From positions 1,120,001-1,184,000 of the forward strand of contig CBDAOY010000008.1 of NCBI GenBank assembly GCA_965198225.1: a stretch of 64,000 nucleotides of DNA, in the 5' to 3' direction. The notes under the pieces were generated by a model that was not told the origin of the DNA, made no database searches, and saw only the letters and a program-made list of their open reading frames with translations. Each line of letters begins with the position of its first letter. The stretch's first letter is position 1. Positions 49,350 through 60,179 of this stretch are shown piece by piece. This stretch comes from Terriglobia bacterium. Its GTDB lineage: Bacteria > Acidobacteriota > Terriglobia > 20CM-2-55-15. The translations under genes were made by a program, and so were the position numbers.

Positions 49350-50651
49350 ATGGCAACGAAACGCAAGAAACGCCCCACCAAAGTCAGCTTTGACGATGCA
49401 TGCCTGACCCTGGAAACGGTCCTCAAAGAACAGACGCGCCGGGAGATTCTCGACGAAATCTCGAACGCCAAGAACTTCCGGGTATCGTTGTCGCGGTTGA
49501 GGGATGGCATGCGCTCCAATCTTTTCAAGGTAGGGCGTCAACAGGTTTACCTGGACAAGCTCGTCAAACAATTCGACGACCGCACTCGTCAGGACGGCTT
49601 CCACGTCCTTCACGACTGGGACGGCGAGGCCGACAAGCTCAACCCGGAGACCATACCCGTCGACATCGTCAATTACCTGCTTGCCGGCGCCGCCGCACAT
49701 CCTGAGAGACAGGTTCTGGAAATCCTTCTCGACTACTACTTCCTCTACGTCCTGGCGCTCATGACCCTGAGATCCTGGGACGGCAATGCCGACGAAAATC
49801 TCGACCGGCTCAACGGACTTCTCGGAGAGCTCCAGGGCCCGAACGGCAGCGGCCAGAAGTTCACCGAAAACGCCGAAACCCTCCTGCTCATTGCCACCTC
49901 CCATTTCGAACCGGACGACACGGCTTATCACCGCTTGCTCGACAGGGTACGGACCTGGAATGAATCCCATCGTGTAAAGATCGCCCTCGCGCACGCGGCG
50001 ATACTCGGCAGTCATCTGCGGTTCGGGTTCGAAGCGTCATACGGCAGGGACATCGTCGCACTCCGAGAGGACAATGTCCCCGACTATCCCTGGTTGTGTT
50101 TCGCGGCTTCGACCCTGATGCAGGCCTACTCACGCATGCACGATGAGGGCATTCAGGGAGCGGAACGCGAGCAGGTCGTGGAGGGAGTCCTGAACAGCCT
50201 GACCCCGGACCCCAGGGCATTCGTCGGTAAGCCTCCGGCTTCCCTGGCCGCCTACGAAGACGAGCGTTCGCAGGTTCCCGAACTCCTCGGAGTACACGGT
50301 AGACACCTGTTCGACGAAGGCAGAAGCCATCGGCCTTCGCCCGACAAGTACTCGCCGATGGCCTTCTTCTTCAACTTTCCGCACAACATCCTCAAGGGGA
50401 TGGTCGTTCATTCGCTTCTTCACGGAGAATTGTCCCGCCTGACGATGAATGACCTGCTCACCGGCATTCCCCGGGACGATCAACTCAGCGAATCGAAAAC
50501 GAGGTTGGCGCAAACTCTGATGGCATACGCGCGTTCGAGTCCGGACACGATACGAGGTCGACCGACACCCGCCGTCATCTATGACCCCTCCGCAGGCCTT
50601 CGGTTCTTTGTGAAGACGATGGGTGTCGTCAAGGGACAGGCAGTCCAATAG
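49350..50651 (+). CDS. Hypothetical protein (predicted mostly helical)
   Basis: Long ORF with typical composition. No family motif recognised. Confidence 0.7.
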   Translation: MATKRKKRPTKVSFDDACLTLETVLKEQTRREILDEISNAKNFRVSLSRLRDGMRSNLFKVGRQQVYLDKLVKQFDDRTRQDGFHVLHDWDGEADKLNPETIPVDIVNYLLAGAAAHPERQVLEILLDYYFLYVLALMTLRSWDGNADENLDRLNGLLGELQGPNGSGQKFTENAETLLLIATSHFEPDDTAYHRLLDRVRTWNESHRVKIALAHAAILGSHLRFGFEASYGRDIVALREDNVPDYPWLCFAASTLMQAYSRMHDEGIQGAEREQVVEGVLNSLTPDPRAFVGKPPASLAAYEDERSQVPELLGVHGRHLFDEGRSHRPSPDKYSPMAFFFNFPHNILKGMVVHSLLHGELSRLTMNDLLTGIPRDDQLSESKTRLAQTLMAYARSSPDTIRGRPTPAVIYDPSAGLRFFVKTMGVVKGQAVQ

Positions 50652-50778
50652 CGCCGCGCTGGCTCGGCCGTCAAGAGGGGACGGCAAATGAAAGGCGATC
50701 AACGCCGCGAGGAAGGACACGCTGCCCAGCGTCACGGCTGGCTGATGCAGGGGAAAACGTGCGGTTGGCGCCCGTTGC

Positions 50779-52731
50779 TCAGGCGACGCCCGCCCACCGC
50801 AGTGTCTGAACCGTGGCCACCGCGGCGACGTAGCCCAGTCCGGTGTAGAACGCCAGCTGGATCATCGCGAACCGCCAGGAATTCGTCTCTTTACGGACCA
50901 CGGCAACGGTCGCAACACATTGGAGGGAGAAGAAAAAGAACACGATCAGACCGACCATGCTCGAAGGAGTGAAGACCGGCGTTCCATCGGGAAATGTCGC
51001 CGTTCGCATCTCTTCCAGGAGGCCCGTTGCTTGCGCATCTTCGTCGCCTTCGACATGGAAAACGATCGCCATCGCGCTGACGAACACCTCGCGGGCCGCA
51101 AACGCCGAAATCAATCCGACTCCGACACGCCAATCGACGCCCATCGGCCGCAGCAGCGGCTCCATGGTCTGACCCAGCTGCGCCGCCAGCGAGAGATCCA
51201 TTTCCGACTGCACGATCAGCGGAGGGGTTGCCGCCGATGCAAGCTGCGGTTGTTGCGAGCCCAGACCGAAGTTCGAAAGCAGCCAGAGGACTATCGCAAT
51301 CACCACGATCGGCCCCCCTGCCTTCTTCAGGTACGACGACGAGCGGGCCCACGTCATGCGGAGGATGATCTTCCAGCGTGGAACGCGGTAGACGGGCAGT
51401 TCCATGGCGAGCATGGATGACGTCTGCTCGCGGTAGACGAACCGCCCGATCACCCCGGCAACCAGGGAACCGATCAGCAGACTGGATACGTAAATCGCAG
51501 CGAGACTGAGACCGGCCGCCCAGGCCAAGCCGGGCAGTAAGGCGGCCAGCAGCAGCGCATAGACCGGAAGCCGGGCGCTACAGCTCATCAGGGGGATGAT
51601 CCAGATCGTCAGAAGGCGTTCGCGCAGGGTGGGGATGGATCGCGATGCGAACACTGCAGGAATCGCACACGCGAAGCCCGACAGCATCGGGACGAACGAC
51701 CGACCGTGCAACCCGAAGTAGGACAGGGGACGGTCGACCAGCGTCGCGCCGCGTGCGAGATAACCGGAATCCTCCAGGAGTGTCATCAGAAAAAACAGGA
51801 TCACGATCTGGGGGAAGAATACGGCTACCGCCCCGACCCCTCCGATGAGACCTTCGGCGACAAACCGTGTCAGCAACGACTCGGGAGATACCGACACGAA
51901 CAGATTGCCCGTCGCGCCGAACAGTCCATCGATGGCGTCCATGAAAGGCTGCGCAAACCAGAAGATCGACGCGAACAGCCCGATCAGGACGGCCAAGAAG
52001 AGCGGAAAACCGAGGTGTCGATGCAAGGCGATCTGATCGATACGTGCGGTGAGCGAATCGCTCTGAACTCGTACGTCCGAACGGGTAAGCGCTGCGCTCG
52101 AGCGCAGCAGGCCGCGCACCTGGTCGTAACCGACCACCGGGTCATCGTCCACTCTCGCCAATTCGTTGGACGCCGAACCTGGCCCGGCTGGGGACCGTAC
52201 CGAAGACACGAGTTCCGGCACTCCCCGTCCCGTGCGAGCGTCGACGGCCACCGCCGGCACGCCCAGTGTTGTAGACAGTCGTTCCACATCCAGCGACTGT
52301 CCCGTCCGGTCGAGCAGGTCCATCATCGTCAGGGCCAGAATCACCGGACTCCCCTGGCGCGCCACGAATGCGGCAAACTTCAGATGGCGTTCCAGCTGTG
52401 TCGCGTCGACGACCAGGACGAAGGCGTCGGCGTGAACCCCAGGATGACGGGACTCGATGACCTGGCAGGACAGCTCTTCTTCAGGCGACGGGTCGATGGG
52501 ACTGTGAACACCGGGCAGGTCGACGAGATCGAGGGGAGGGCCCAGTTCGGATCGAGTCCTGCCCGAGAGTAGATTGACAGTAACGCCGGGATAGTTGGCG
52601 GTATGGAAACTACCGCCGGTGAGGGCATTCATCAGGGTGGTCTTGCCCGAGTTCGGCATTCCCACCAAACACACCGTCAGCGGCTTGGCCTCGTCCTCGA
52701 GCCCACTCGCCGCCTCGGCGGGTGTTTTCAT
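50779..52731 (-). CDS. feoB: Ferrous iron transporter FeoB
   Basis: GMPNSGKT, NYPGVTV, DLPG, LEDSGYLAR, MSCSARLPVY, AREVFV. Confidence 0.95.
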   Translation of the reverse strand: MKTPAEAASGLEDEAKPLTVCLVGMPNSGKTTLMNALTGGSFHTANYPGVTVNLLSGRTRSELGPPLDLVDLPGVHSPIDPSPEEELSCQVIESRHPGVHADAFVLVVDATQLERHLKFAAFVARQGSPVILALTMMDLLDRTGQSLDVERLSTTLGVPAVAVDARTGRGVPELVSSVRSPAGPGSASNELARVDDDPVVGYDQVRGLLRSSAALTRSDVRVQSDSLTARIDQIALHRHLGFPLFLAVLIGLFASIFWFAQPFMDAIDGLFGATGNLFVSVSPESLLTRFVAEGLIGGVGAVAVFFPQIVILFFLMTLLEDSGYLARGATLVDRPLSYFGLHGRSFVPMLSGFACAIPAVFASRSIPTLRERLLTIWIIPLMSCSARLPVYALLLAALLPGLAWAAGLSLAAIYVSSLLIGSLVAGVIGRFVYREQTSSMLAMELPVYRVPRWKIILRMTWARSSSYLKKAGGPIVVIAIVLWLLSNFGLGSQQPQLASAATPPLIVQSEMDLSLAAQLGQTMEPLLRPMGVDWRVGVGLISAFAAREVFVSAMAIVFHVEGDEDAQATGLLEEMRTATFPDGTPVFTPSSMVGLIVFFFFSLQCVATVAVVRKETNSWRFAMIQLAFYTGLGYVAAVATVQTLRWAGVA

Positions 52732-52970
52732 TGCACCAGGATCCAGGAAGCCTCGCGCTTCCTGAGGGCGAGCTGCGCTCCGCGAACCACGACCACGATC
52801 GGACCACCCAAGGGAGTGGAGCGCGCCACGGCAACACGTTCGCCCGGCGTCAGGCCAAGATCCTGAAGCCGCCTGCATTCCTTATCGGGGCCGTCGAGCC
52901 GCGCGATCTCGTGCCACTCGTTCCCAGATACCTCCGATAGCTTCAACCGGTCTCGTGTTAGTTCGATCAC
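52728..52970 (-). CDS. feoA: FeoA
   Basis: RRLQDLGLTPG..V.V....PLGGPI...VRG...ALRK.EA. The start is uncertain (GTG 52970 or ATG 52991). Confidence 0.88.
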   Translation of the reverse strand: MIELTRDRLKLSEVSGNEWHEIARLDGPDKECRRLQDLGLTPGERVAVARSTPLGGPIVVVVRGAQLALRKREASWILVQ

Positions 52971-53002
52971 TCTTCCAACTCCGCTCAACATGATACCACG
53001 CA

Positions 53003-53027
53003 AATGAAAACGATTGTCATTTTCATT
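53003..53027 (-). promoter_or_regulatory. Fur-box-like operator for feoAB
   Basis: Minus-strand GAAAATGACAATCGTTTTC matches 15/19 positions of GATAATGATAATCATTATC, and lies inside the palindrome AATGAAAA..TTTTCATT. Confidence 0.8.
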
Positions 53028-53129
53028 GCTGATTGAACTATCGCCGAAGAGCGCCGGAAGAGCAAGTATGTTTTCGATTATTTTGCAGAAACCGAGGCCA
53101 CTTTCAGGAAGTAGGACCAGGGAACGTTC

Positions 53130-53203
53130 ACCACGGAGGCAAGGAGTCACGGACGGTCGAGTGATTTTGTTCCTTCCACTCCGTGCCTTCGCGCCTCCGT
53201 GGT
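53130..53203. repeat. Fold-back of 9-bp units
   Basis: ACCACGGAGGCAAGGAGTCACGGA ... TCCGTGCCTTCGCGCCTCCGTGGT. Confidence 0.7.
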
Positions 53204-53216
53204 TGCTCTTCATACG

Positions 53217-54613
53217 TCAATCGAACACCCGGCCGCCCTTCATGACGAGATGAATCCTTGTCGTGTTGAGAATATCTTCCAGCGGGTCGGCGTCCAGGAT
53301 GACCAGGTCGGCGTACTTCCCTGCTTCCAGGGTTCCGACATCGTCTTGCTTCCCCATGACTGCCGCGGCGTTCCGAGTCGCCGAGATGAGGATATCCATC
53401 GGTGCCAGCCCCGCATCCCGCATCAAGTCGAATTCCCTGAACAGCGAGGGGCCGTGCAGAGTGCCGATATTTCCGGCATCGGTCGCACCGACCACCCGAA
53501 CGCCTGCCGCCTGGAGTCGCTCCAGGTTGTCGAACGCGACGGGGCGGCCTTCCGGAGCCTGCCGGCGGCGTAACCCTCCCGGGATCTCGTCATGCGGGAT
53601 TCGGTCCAGGTCCGACCAGGTCGCGATGACCTCCGGGTCACCGAGTTCGCGTTCCACCTCCAGCAGGTCCACCTCCTGATTGAGGACCTCGCGGTACCCC
53701 TCGCCGACGACCAGTGTGCTCGTGTACAGTACGTCGTTCTCCTTGAGCAATTCGATGAACTCGTCGTCGACGGGCAGATCCGAGACGCTGTGCACCAGGA
53801 CGTCCGCCCCGGCGCGCACGGCCGCCTTCGCCACCTCGAGTTGCGTGGCGTGGACCGAAGCCCGCACGCCACCTTTGTGGCTCTCATCAATCGCGGCGGC
53901 GACAATTTCGACCTGTTCCGACAGGTCGTCTTCCGGCCTGTGGATGAACCAGACCTTCGTCAGGTCCGGATCCTCGCCGAGCTGGCTGCGTATCAGGTCG
54001 CGGGCGTCCTGCGGCGTGAAGACTCGAATGATAGGGGGGTCGTCGACCTGGACTCTGGAGGTACGTATGTCGACGCCAGTGGGCCGGCCACGGCAACGCG
54101 AGGGGCCCTGTCCGTCTGTTCGGCCAACTCGCGGATATCGAAGTTGCTCATCGGCCCGCCAACATCGACAACGCCCGTGATGCCGCACGACAGGTAGCGC
54201 GCGAACGTGTCAGGCAGACGATCCCAGATCCACTCCCGCTCCTCCTCGTAGGATCGCCACTCCCGTAAATCGATGACGTCTGGCCGCGTGTAGATTCCGC
54301 CCGACTGGAAGAAGTGGACGTGTGCATCGATCAGTCCGGGAATGATCCACTTCCCCTCCGCATCGATCAACTCGGCATCGTCGGGCACGGCAACGCGATC
54401 CCCCGGTCCGATCTCTCGAATCCGTTCTCCCTCGATGACGATCACCGCATCTTCGATCGGCGTTCGTCCGGTCGAATCGATCACCGTGCCGCCGCGGATG
54501 ACCGTGATCCTACCCTGGCCCCAGGCTGTGGCCGGCGCCACCACCGATGCGGCAACCATGAGGAAGGAGATCATGCACCCGAGTGCATGGCGGACGATAA
54601 GGGAGCGACACAT
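53217..54613 (-). pseudogene. Secreted amidohydrolase, frameshifted near 54053 as assembled
   Basis: The N-half (signal, PGLIDAHVH) and C-half (VHA, LVHS, GATDAGN, GTLEAGKYADLVIL) are in different frames. One added base gives PPE-x-QVDD. Confidence 0.8.
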
Positions 54614-54704
54614 GGCTGATCCTCCTGAACAGATCGAATTGATGGAAAAGTCCCTGCATTGTAGCAAAGTGGGTAGTCCGTAGGCCGTTGTCCTTCGAGT
54701 GCGG

Positions 54705-54888
54705 GTGTAGGTGCCGTCTATGATCGGAACCATTCATCAGCGTCGGGCCCACCGTCCCCCTCCTGACGAGAACTTGAGCGTTCAAGTACCGATAGCAGTG
54801 CGCGGGTGTATGGAGAAAGACAGCTGGTCCGGTCCCCCCACGCCTCGCTCGAACCGAAACGATGTACACTCATGGAGCGCACCTACAC
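54705..54888. mobile_element. 184-bp GTAG-type REP doublet, copy 2
   Basis: GTGTAGGTGCCGTCTATGA ... TCATGGAGCGCACCTACAC. Same length and core as 9317-9500. Confidence 0.75.
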
Positions 54889-55518
54889 TCACTTCTTCTC
54901 TTCCACGAATTCCGGCGCGGCCGTGTCGAGGAGAATCTGGATCCCCTTCTGAATGATGAACGGCGCCATGACGACCGCGCCAAGCGCGTCGCCCCACCAA
55001 ATGTCCATGCCCGAATTGATCAGCAGGCTGATCAGAAGGACCATCGAAAGGTAGGAATTGCCGAAGGTGAAGACCGCAGCGCGTTTCAGGGCCGGACTCT
55101 TGAGCTCCATGGCCAGCGCCTTCATGTAGGAACCGATGATGGGTATCAGAAGCATCGACACGGCCGCCAACCCGACGCCCAACAACGTCGCAACGGGTCT
55201 TTCACGACTCCAGAGGCCGCTGATGCCGATTCCGAACGCGATCAAGCCCGCCAGCACATAGCCGGCACCTGCGGCGCGAAAAAGCCCCCTTTCGGGACCT
55301 TCGGCAACGTCGGCCGTGTTGAGCCGGCCGATCCTCACGCCCAGTATCACTTCTCTGGAAGCGCTGACGACTGCGTCAAGACCAAAAGCCAGCAGAACCG
55401 GTGAAGCGACCCGCGACCACAGGGCGAAACTCGCGACGGCCTGAAGCAGGTGAACGAGAGCGGTCAGCAGTGCCAGGAAGAAGAAGTGACGGATCCAGGT
55501 TTGTCGGTCGTCGATCAT
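54889..55518 (-). CDS. Cation-efflux (CDF-like, TM-only) membrane protein
   Basis: S..LLAFGLD, LKSPALK, GMDIWWGDAL. Six TM helices and no cytosolic CTD. Confidence 0.7.
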   Translation of the reverse strand: MIDDRQTWIRHFFFLALLTALVHLLQAVASFALWSRVASPVLLAFGLDAVVSASREVILGVRIGRLNTADVAEGPERGLFRAAGAGYVLAGLIAFGIGISGLWSRERPVATLLGVGLAAVSMLLIPIIGSYMKALAMELKSPALKRAAVFTFGNSYLSMVLLISLLINSGMDIWWGDALGAVVMAPFIIQKGIQILLDTAAPEFVEEKK

Positions 55519-55741
55519 GCAGCAGGGCAATGAGCGATCAGCGTTCAGCTATCAGCTCAACCGGATGCGACTATGGTCGCCTCCCGAAGTAGTGGTCCGG
55601 GTAGGGCGTTGAGAGATGCCGATCTCTGGCAGGTGGCATCAGGCGTGGTTACACGCACTGGTGGCTGCTGACAGCACGCTTGATCCCGAAGAATCTGGGA
55701 GCAAAACGCTCACACCAAAAGATCAAGCGTCAAGGGACGGG

Positions 55742-57172
55742 TCAGTAAGCCCTTCCGAATACCACGCGCTCATCGGCGGCCCCACCGCATGCGACGCAGG
55801 CTCCCGGTTCCTTGTCCTGGTTGGTCGGGATGCAGCGAATCGTGGCCTTTGTCTCGTTCTTGACCTTGTCCTCGCACTCGGCCGAACCGCACCAGTGACT
55901 CCAGAGAAACCCGCCGTCGCCATCGAGGATCTCGTTGAAACGGCCGTATTCGTCGACCTTTTGAGAATGCGCCTCGCGAAAGTCGAGCGCGCGCTGAAAC
56001 AGCCCTTTCTGGACGGCATCGAGCGCCTCGTCTATGGCTGCCCGCAGGCCGTCCTGGGACACGAACTCCTTTTCCCCGGTGTCCCTCCTGGCCAGAACCG
56101 CCTGGTTCTTCTCCAGGTCTTTCGGGCCGAGCTCCATCCGCAACGGCACTCCCCGCTGCTCCCATTGGTTGAACTTCCGACCGGGGCTGTACTGCTCTCG
56201 GTCGTCCACCCTGAATCCGATACCGTCGAGCTCCGCGGCAATCTTGTCGATCCGCTCCAACACGGCGGCCCGTTGCTCGGGATTGCGAAAGATGGGAACG
56301 ATCACCAGCTGCGTGGTCGCCAGCTTCGGCGGGACGATGATACCGCGGTCGTCCCCGTGCGCCATGATCAGCGCGCCTACCATCCGCGTCGATACCCCCC
56401 AGCTGGTCGCGTACACGAATTCCTGCTCGCCCTTCTCGTTCTGGAACTTGACGTCGAACGCCCGGGCAAAGTTCTGGCCGAGGTGATGCGACGTTCCGGC
56501 CTGCAGAGCTTTGCCGTCCTGCATCATAGCTTCGATCGTGTAGGTGTGATCGGCTCCGGCAAACTTCTCGCTCTCGCTCTTGAGGCCGGTCAGGACCGGT
56601 ACCGCCATGTGCTCTTCCGCGAATCGGCGGTACACCTCGAGAATCGTCAGGGTCTCTTCTTCGGCATCGTCGTAGCTCGCATGGGCCGTGTGGCCTTCCT
56701 GCCAGAGGAATTCCGTTGTCCGGAGAAACAGCCGGGTTCGCCTCTCCCACCGCACGACGTTCGCCCACTGGTTGATCAGCAGGGGCAAGTCCCGGTAGGA
56801 CTGGATCCAGTTGCGGTAGGCATGCCAGATGATCGTTTCCGAGGTCGGGCGGACGATTAGCGGCTCCTCCAGCTTCGCCGATCCAGCGTGCGTCACCTTT
56901 GCTACTTCCGGCGCGAAGCCCTCGACGTGTTCCGCTTCCTTGTGAAGAAAGCTCTCGGGAATGAACAGCGGGAAGTAGGCATTCTCGTGCCCCGTTTCCT
57001 TGAACATGCCGTCCATGGCCGCCTGCATCTTCTCCCAGATTGCGTACCCGTTCGGGCGGATGATCATGCAGCCTTTGACCGGCGCGTAGTCGGCCAACTC
57101 GGCGGCCGCGATCACATCCGTGTACCACCGAGCATAGTCATCGGAGCGCTTCGTTATCTTGACGTCAGCCAT
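55742..57172 (-). CDS. proS: Proline--tRNA ligase (archaeal/eukaryotic type)
   Basis: [43 protein letters not shown]-terminal GRAY. No insertion editing domain. Confidence 0.97.
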   Translation of the reverse strand: MADVKITKRSDDYARWYTDVIAAAELADYAPVKGCMIIRPNGYAIWEKMQAAMDGMFKETGHENAYFPLFIPESFLHKEAEHVEGFAPEVAKVTHAGSAKLEEPLIVRPTSETIIWHAYRNWIQSYRDLPLLINQWANVVRWERRTRLFLRTTEFLWQEGHTAHASYDDAEEETLTILEVYRRFAEEHMAVPVLTGLKSESEKFAGADHTYTIEAMMQDGKALQAGTSHHLGQNFARAFDVKFQNEKGEQEFVYATSWGVSTRMVGALIMAHGDDRGIIVPPKLATTQLVIVPIFRNPEQRAAVLERIDKIAAELDGIGFRVDDREQYSPGRKFNQWEQRGVPLRMELGPKDLEKNQAVLARRDTGEKEFVSQDGLRAAIDEALDAVQKGLFQRALDFREAHSQKVDEYGRFNEILDGDGGFLWSHWCGSAECEDKVKNETKATIRCIPTNQDKEPGACVACGGAADERVVFGRAY

Positions 57173-57248
57173 TTCGCTTCTCTTCAGATCGATTTATCAT
57201 TGAGGGAAGAGGCCCCAGAACAAACCGCGTCCGGGCCATAAACCGTTC

Positions 57249-57686
57249 ATGATAGCACACATACTACTGGCCGCTCTCTTGCCGACCGTCGCTGTCACGA
57301 CGCCCTCGGGGGCAACCGTCGAAGCCGAAATCGCGGCCACGCCGCAGTCGCGAGAGCGGGGTCTGATGGATCGGGTCACGCTGGATGAGGACGCCGGAAT
57401 GCTGTTCGTGTTTCCCGAGGATGGTATCTATTCTTTCTGGATGAAGAACACCCGGATTCCACTCGACATCATCTGGTTGGACAGCACACACAAGGCACTT
57501 TTCATCAGCCGTGACACCCCGCCCTGTCCGGTGATGCGGCTCCAGTGCCCGACCTATGGGCCGGACATCCCGGCCCGTTACGTCCTGGAACTCGGTGCAG
57601 GGCGTGGGGCGGAATTGGGTATTCGCGAGGGGGTTCAGCTCGGTTTCGAACTCCCCGACGATCTCGAAATCTCACGCCACCGGTAG
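57249..57686 (+). CDS. DUF192 family protein
   Basis: RERGLM.R, GMLFVF, FWMKNTRIPLDII, YVLEL.AG. Confidence 0.92.
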   Translation: MIAHILLAALLPTVAVTTPSGATVEAEIAATPQSRERGLMDRVTLDEDAGMLFVFPEDGIYSFWMKNTRIPLDIIWLDSTHKALFISRDTPPCPVMRLQCPTYGPDIPARYVLELGAGRGAELGIREGVQLGFELPDDLEISRHR

Positions 57687-57745
57687 CAGCGCCGGAGTCG
57701 ACGGTATTGCGACAGAACTCCAGCACTACCCCGTCGACAATCCAA

Positions 57746-57774
57746 TTGACAGGCGAGGCCAACCGCAATATTAT
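57746..57774 (+). promoter_or_regulatory. Sigma70-type promoter of the mutase operon
   Basis: TTGACA-17 bp-TATTAT. Confidence 0.65.
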
Positions 57775-57842
57775 GAATAGTTTGGCAATCATTAGAGCAT
57801 AGAGTTCGAGATTCGTTCGTGTCCCCACGTCGGGAGGCAAAT

Positions 57843-59492
57843 ATGGCCAAAGACCTGGTTCAGGATTCCGCGACCAAACAACCCGGAGAACAGAGTACCG
57901 ATGTTGCCTCTGACCTCCGGTTCACCACCGTGTCCGGACGACCGATCGAGCGGCTTTACGGTCCCGGCAACCTGGAAGGCGTCGACCTCGACAGGGAACT
58001 CGGGCAGCCGGGAGAGCCGCCTTACACCCGCGGAATCTACCCAACCATGTACCGGGAACGCCTGTGGACGATGCGACAGTTCAGCGGGTTCGGGACTGCC
58101 CAGGACACGAACGAGCGTTTTCACTACCTGCTGGAGAACGGACAGACCGGGCTCTCCGTCGCTTTCCACCTGCCCACTTTGATGGGGTACGACTCCGACC
58201 ATCCCATGTCGGCGGGCGAAGTGGGCAAATGCGGCGTCGCCATCGATTCCCTCCAGGACATGGAAACCCTGTTCGACCGGATTCCGCTCGAGCAGATTTC
58301 GACTTCCATGACCACGAACGCTCCCGCCCCGATAATCTGGGCCATGTACCTGGTCGTCGCCGAGCAACAGGGTGTCGACTGGACGAAGCTTTCCGGAACG
58401 ATTCAGAACGACCTCCTCAAGGAGTACATCGCGCAGAAGACCTTCATCTTCCCTCCGCGGCCCTCGATGAAGCTCATCGTGGACACGTTCGAATTCGGGA
58501 CGCAGCACGTTCCGCGGTGGAATTCGATTTCCATCAGCGGCTACCACATCCGCGAAGCCGGATCGACCGCGCTCCAGGAACTCGCCTTCACGCTCTACGA
58601 CGGTGTCGAGTACGTCGAGTGGGCGCGGAGGGCGGGACTGGATGTCGACGAGTTCGCGCCGCGCTTGTCGTTCTTCTTCAATTCTCACAGCGACCTGTTC
58701 GAGGAAGTCGCCAAGTACCGGGCCGCAAGGAAGATCTGGTACAAGGTCATGACGGATCGCTTCGATTGCAAGAACCCGAAATCGGCGATCCTGCGATTCC
58801 ACACGCAGACAGCAGGCTGCTCCCTCACCGCGCAACAGCCCTACAACAACGTGGTCCGAACGACGATTCAGGCCCTGGCGGGCGTTCTGGGGGGCACTCA
58901 GTCGCTGCACACAAATTCGCTCGACGAAACCCTGGCGTTGCCGACCGAGCATGCCGCCCGGATCGCGCTTCGGACCCAGCAGATCATCGCACACGAGAGC
59001 GGCGTTCCGAACACGGTCGATCCGCTGGGTGGCTCATACTTTGTCGAGAAACTTACCCTCGACATGGAAAAGGGATGCTGGGATTACTTCGAACGTCTCG
59101 ACGACATGGGCGGTATGGTCTCGGCAATCGAAAAGGGGTTTCCACAAAGGGAGATCCAGGACGCTGCATACGAGTACCAGAAGGCCATCGAGCGCAAAGA
59201 AAAAATCGTCGTGGGCATCAACGATTTCGAAATCGAGGACGAGGCTCCGATCGACGTATTGCTGATCGACGAATCCGTCGCCGAGCGCCAGATCGGCAAA
59301 CTTCGGGAACTGCGTGCATCTCGGGACAACGGCAAAATTCAGGCTACTCTCGCGGCGCTGGAGACCGCCGCCCGCGGTGACGCGAACATGATGTATCCGA
59401 TCCTCGACTGCGTGCGCGCCTACGCCACGCTCGGGGAGATGTGCGACACTCTGCGCGGCGTTTACGGTGAATACGAGGAATCCGGGTTCTAG
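57843..59492 (+). CDS. icmA: B12-dependent acyl-CoA mutase large subunit with isobutyryl-CoA-mutase signature
   Basis: [20 protein letters not shown] (Phe), [12 protein letters not shown] (Gln), [20 protein letters not shown]. Confidence 0.8.
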   Translation: MAKDLVQDSATKQPGEQSTDVASDLRFTTVSGRPIERLYGPGNLEGVDLDRELGQPGEPPYTRGIYPTMYRERLWTMRQFSGFGTAQDTNERFHYLLENGQTGLSVAFHLPTLMGYDSDHPMSAGEVGKCGVAIDSLQDMETLFDRIPLEQISTSMTTNAPAPIIWAMYLVVAEQQGVDWTKLSGTIQNDLLKEYIAQKTFIFPPRPSMKLIVDTFEFGTQHVPRWNSISISGYHIREAGSTALQELAFTLYDGVEYVEWARRAGLDVDEFAPRLSFFFNSHSDLFEEVAKYRAARKIWYKVMTDRFDCKNPKSAILRFHTQTAGCSLTAQQPYNNVVRTTIQALAGVLGGTQSLHTNSLDETLALPTEHAARIALRTQQIIAHESGVPNTVDPLGGSYFVEKLTLDMEKGCWDYFERLDDMGGMVSAIEKGFPQREIQDAAYEYQKAIERKEKIVVGINDFEIEDEAPIDVLLIDESVAERQIGKLRELRASRDNGKIQATLAALETAARGDANMMYPILDCVRAYATLGEMCDTLRGVYGEYEESGF

Positions 59493-59763
59493 TGGCCTGT
59501 AACAATGCTATCGGTACCATCGCCGATGGGTCTTGCGGGCGAGGTCGAGGAGGGAGACGGAAAGCGATGCTCTTTCATCGGTGACGGCTTCCGACAAAGA
59601 GATCGCCCGCAACCCCCATCGGCCCAAAGGGTTCGGCGGAACGGCGCCGTCTTCGGTGTCGTAACGCCCTCGCAATGAAACAGCATTGGCTCGGGCGTCA
59701 CTCCTAGAATCCGACGCCGTTCCGCCGAACGCTGGCACCGATAGCACTGTTACAGGTCACTAG
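59489..59763. mobile_element. 275-bp CTAG-bounded MITE (family A)
   Basis: CTAGTGGCCTGTAACAATGCTATCGG / CCGATAGCACTGTTACAGGTCACTAG. Its CTAG contains the mutase stop codon. Confidence 0.85.
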
Positions 59764-59780
59764 GGTCCTGAGTTACCGAC

Positions 59781-60179
59781 ATGAACGAGAAGATACGCGT
59801 CCTGGTCGCCAAGCCCGGTCTCGACGGACACGACCGGGGAGCCAAGATCATCGCCCGGGCGTTTCGGGATGCCGGATTCGAAGTCATTTACACCGGGTTG
59901 CGACAGACGCCCCAGCAGGTCGTGACCGCGGCGCTTCAGGAAGACGTCGATGTGATCGGGTTGTCGGTGCTGTCGGGGGCCCACATGACCCTGTGTCCTC
60001 AGATCATGGAACTCATTCGCAAAGAGCAGATGGAGGACGTGCTCGTCGTTGTGGGCGGCATCATCCCGGACGAAGACATCACCAAGCTCAAAGACGATGG
60101 CGTGAACGAAATTTTCCTGCCTGGAACGTCGACCGAAGACATCGTCGACTACGTCCGCAAGAACGTACGCCAAAAGTGA
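59781..60179 (+). CDS. Cobalamin-binding small subunit of the acyl-CoA mutase
   Basis: [10 protein letters not shown] (DxHxxG), [14 protein letters not shown]. Confidence 0.93.
   Translation: MNEKIRVLVAKPGLDGHDRGAKIIARAFRDAGFEVIYTGLRQTPQQVVTAALQEDVDVIGLSVLSGAHMTLCPQIMELIRKEQMEDVLVVVGGIIPDEDITKLKDDGVNEIFLPGTSTEDIVDYVRKNVRQK

Noticed and set aside
55616-56860. 414-aa plus-strand ORF (and the 452-aa alternate minus frame)
   Set aside because: Shadows of proS, as expected in GC-rich DNA.
57690-57842. Cobalamin riboswitch upstream of the B12-dependent mutase
   Set aside because: The leader after the predicted promoter is under 70 nt and lacks B12-box motifs.
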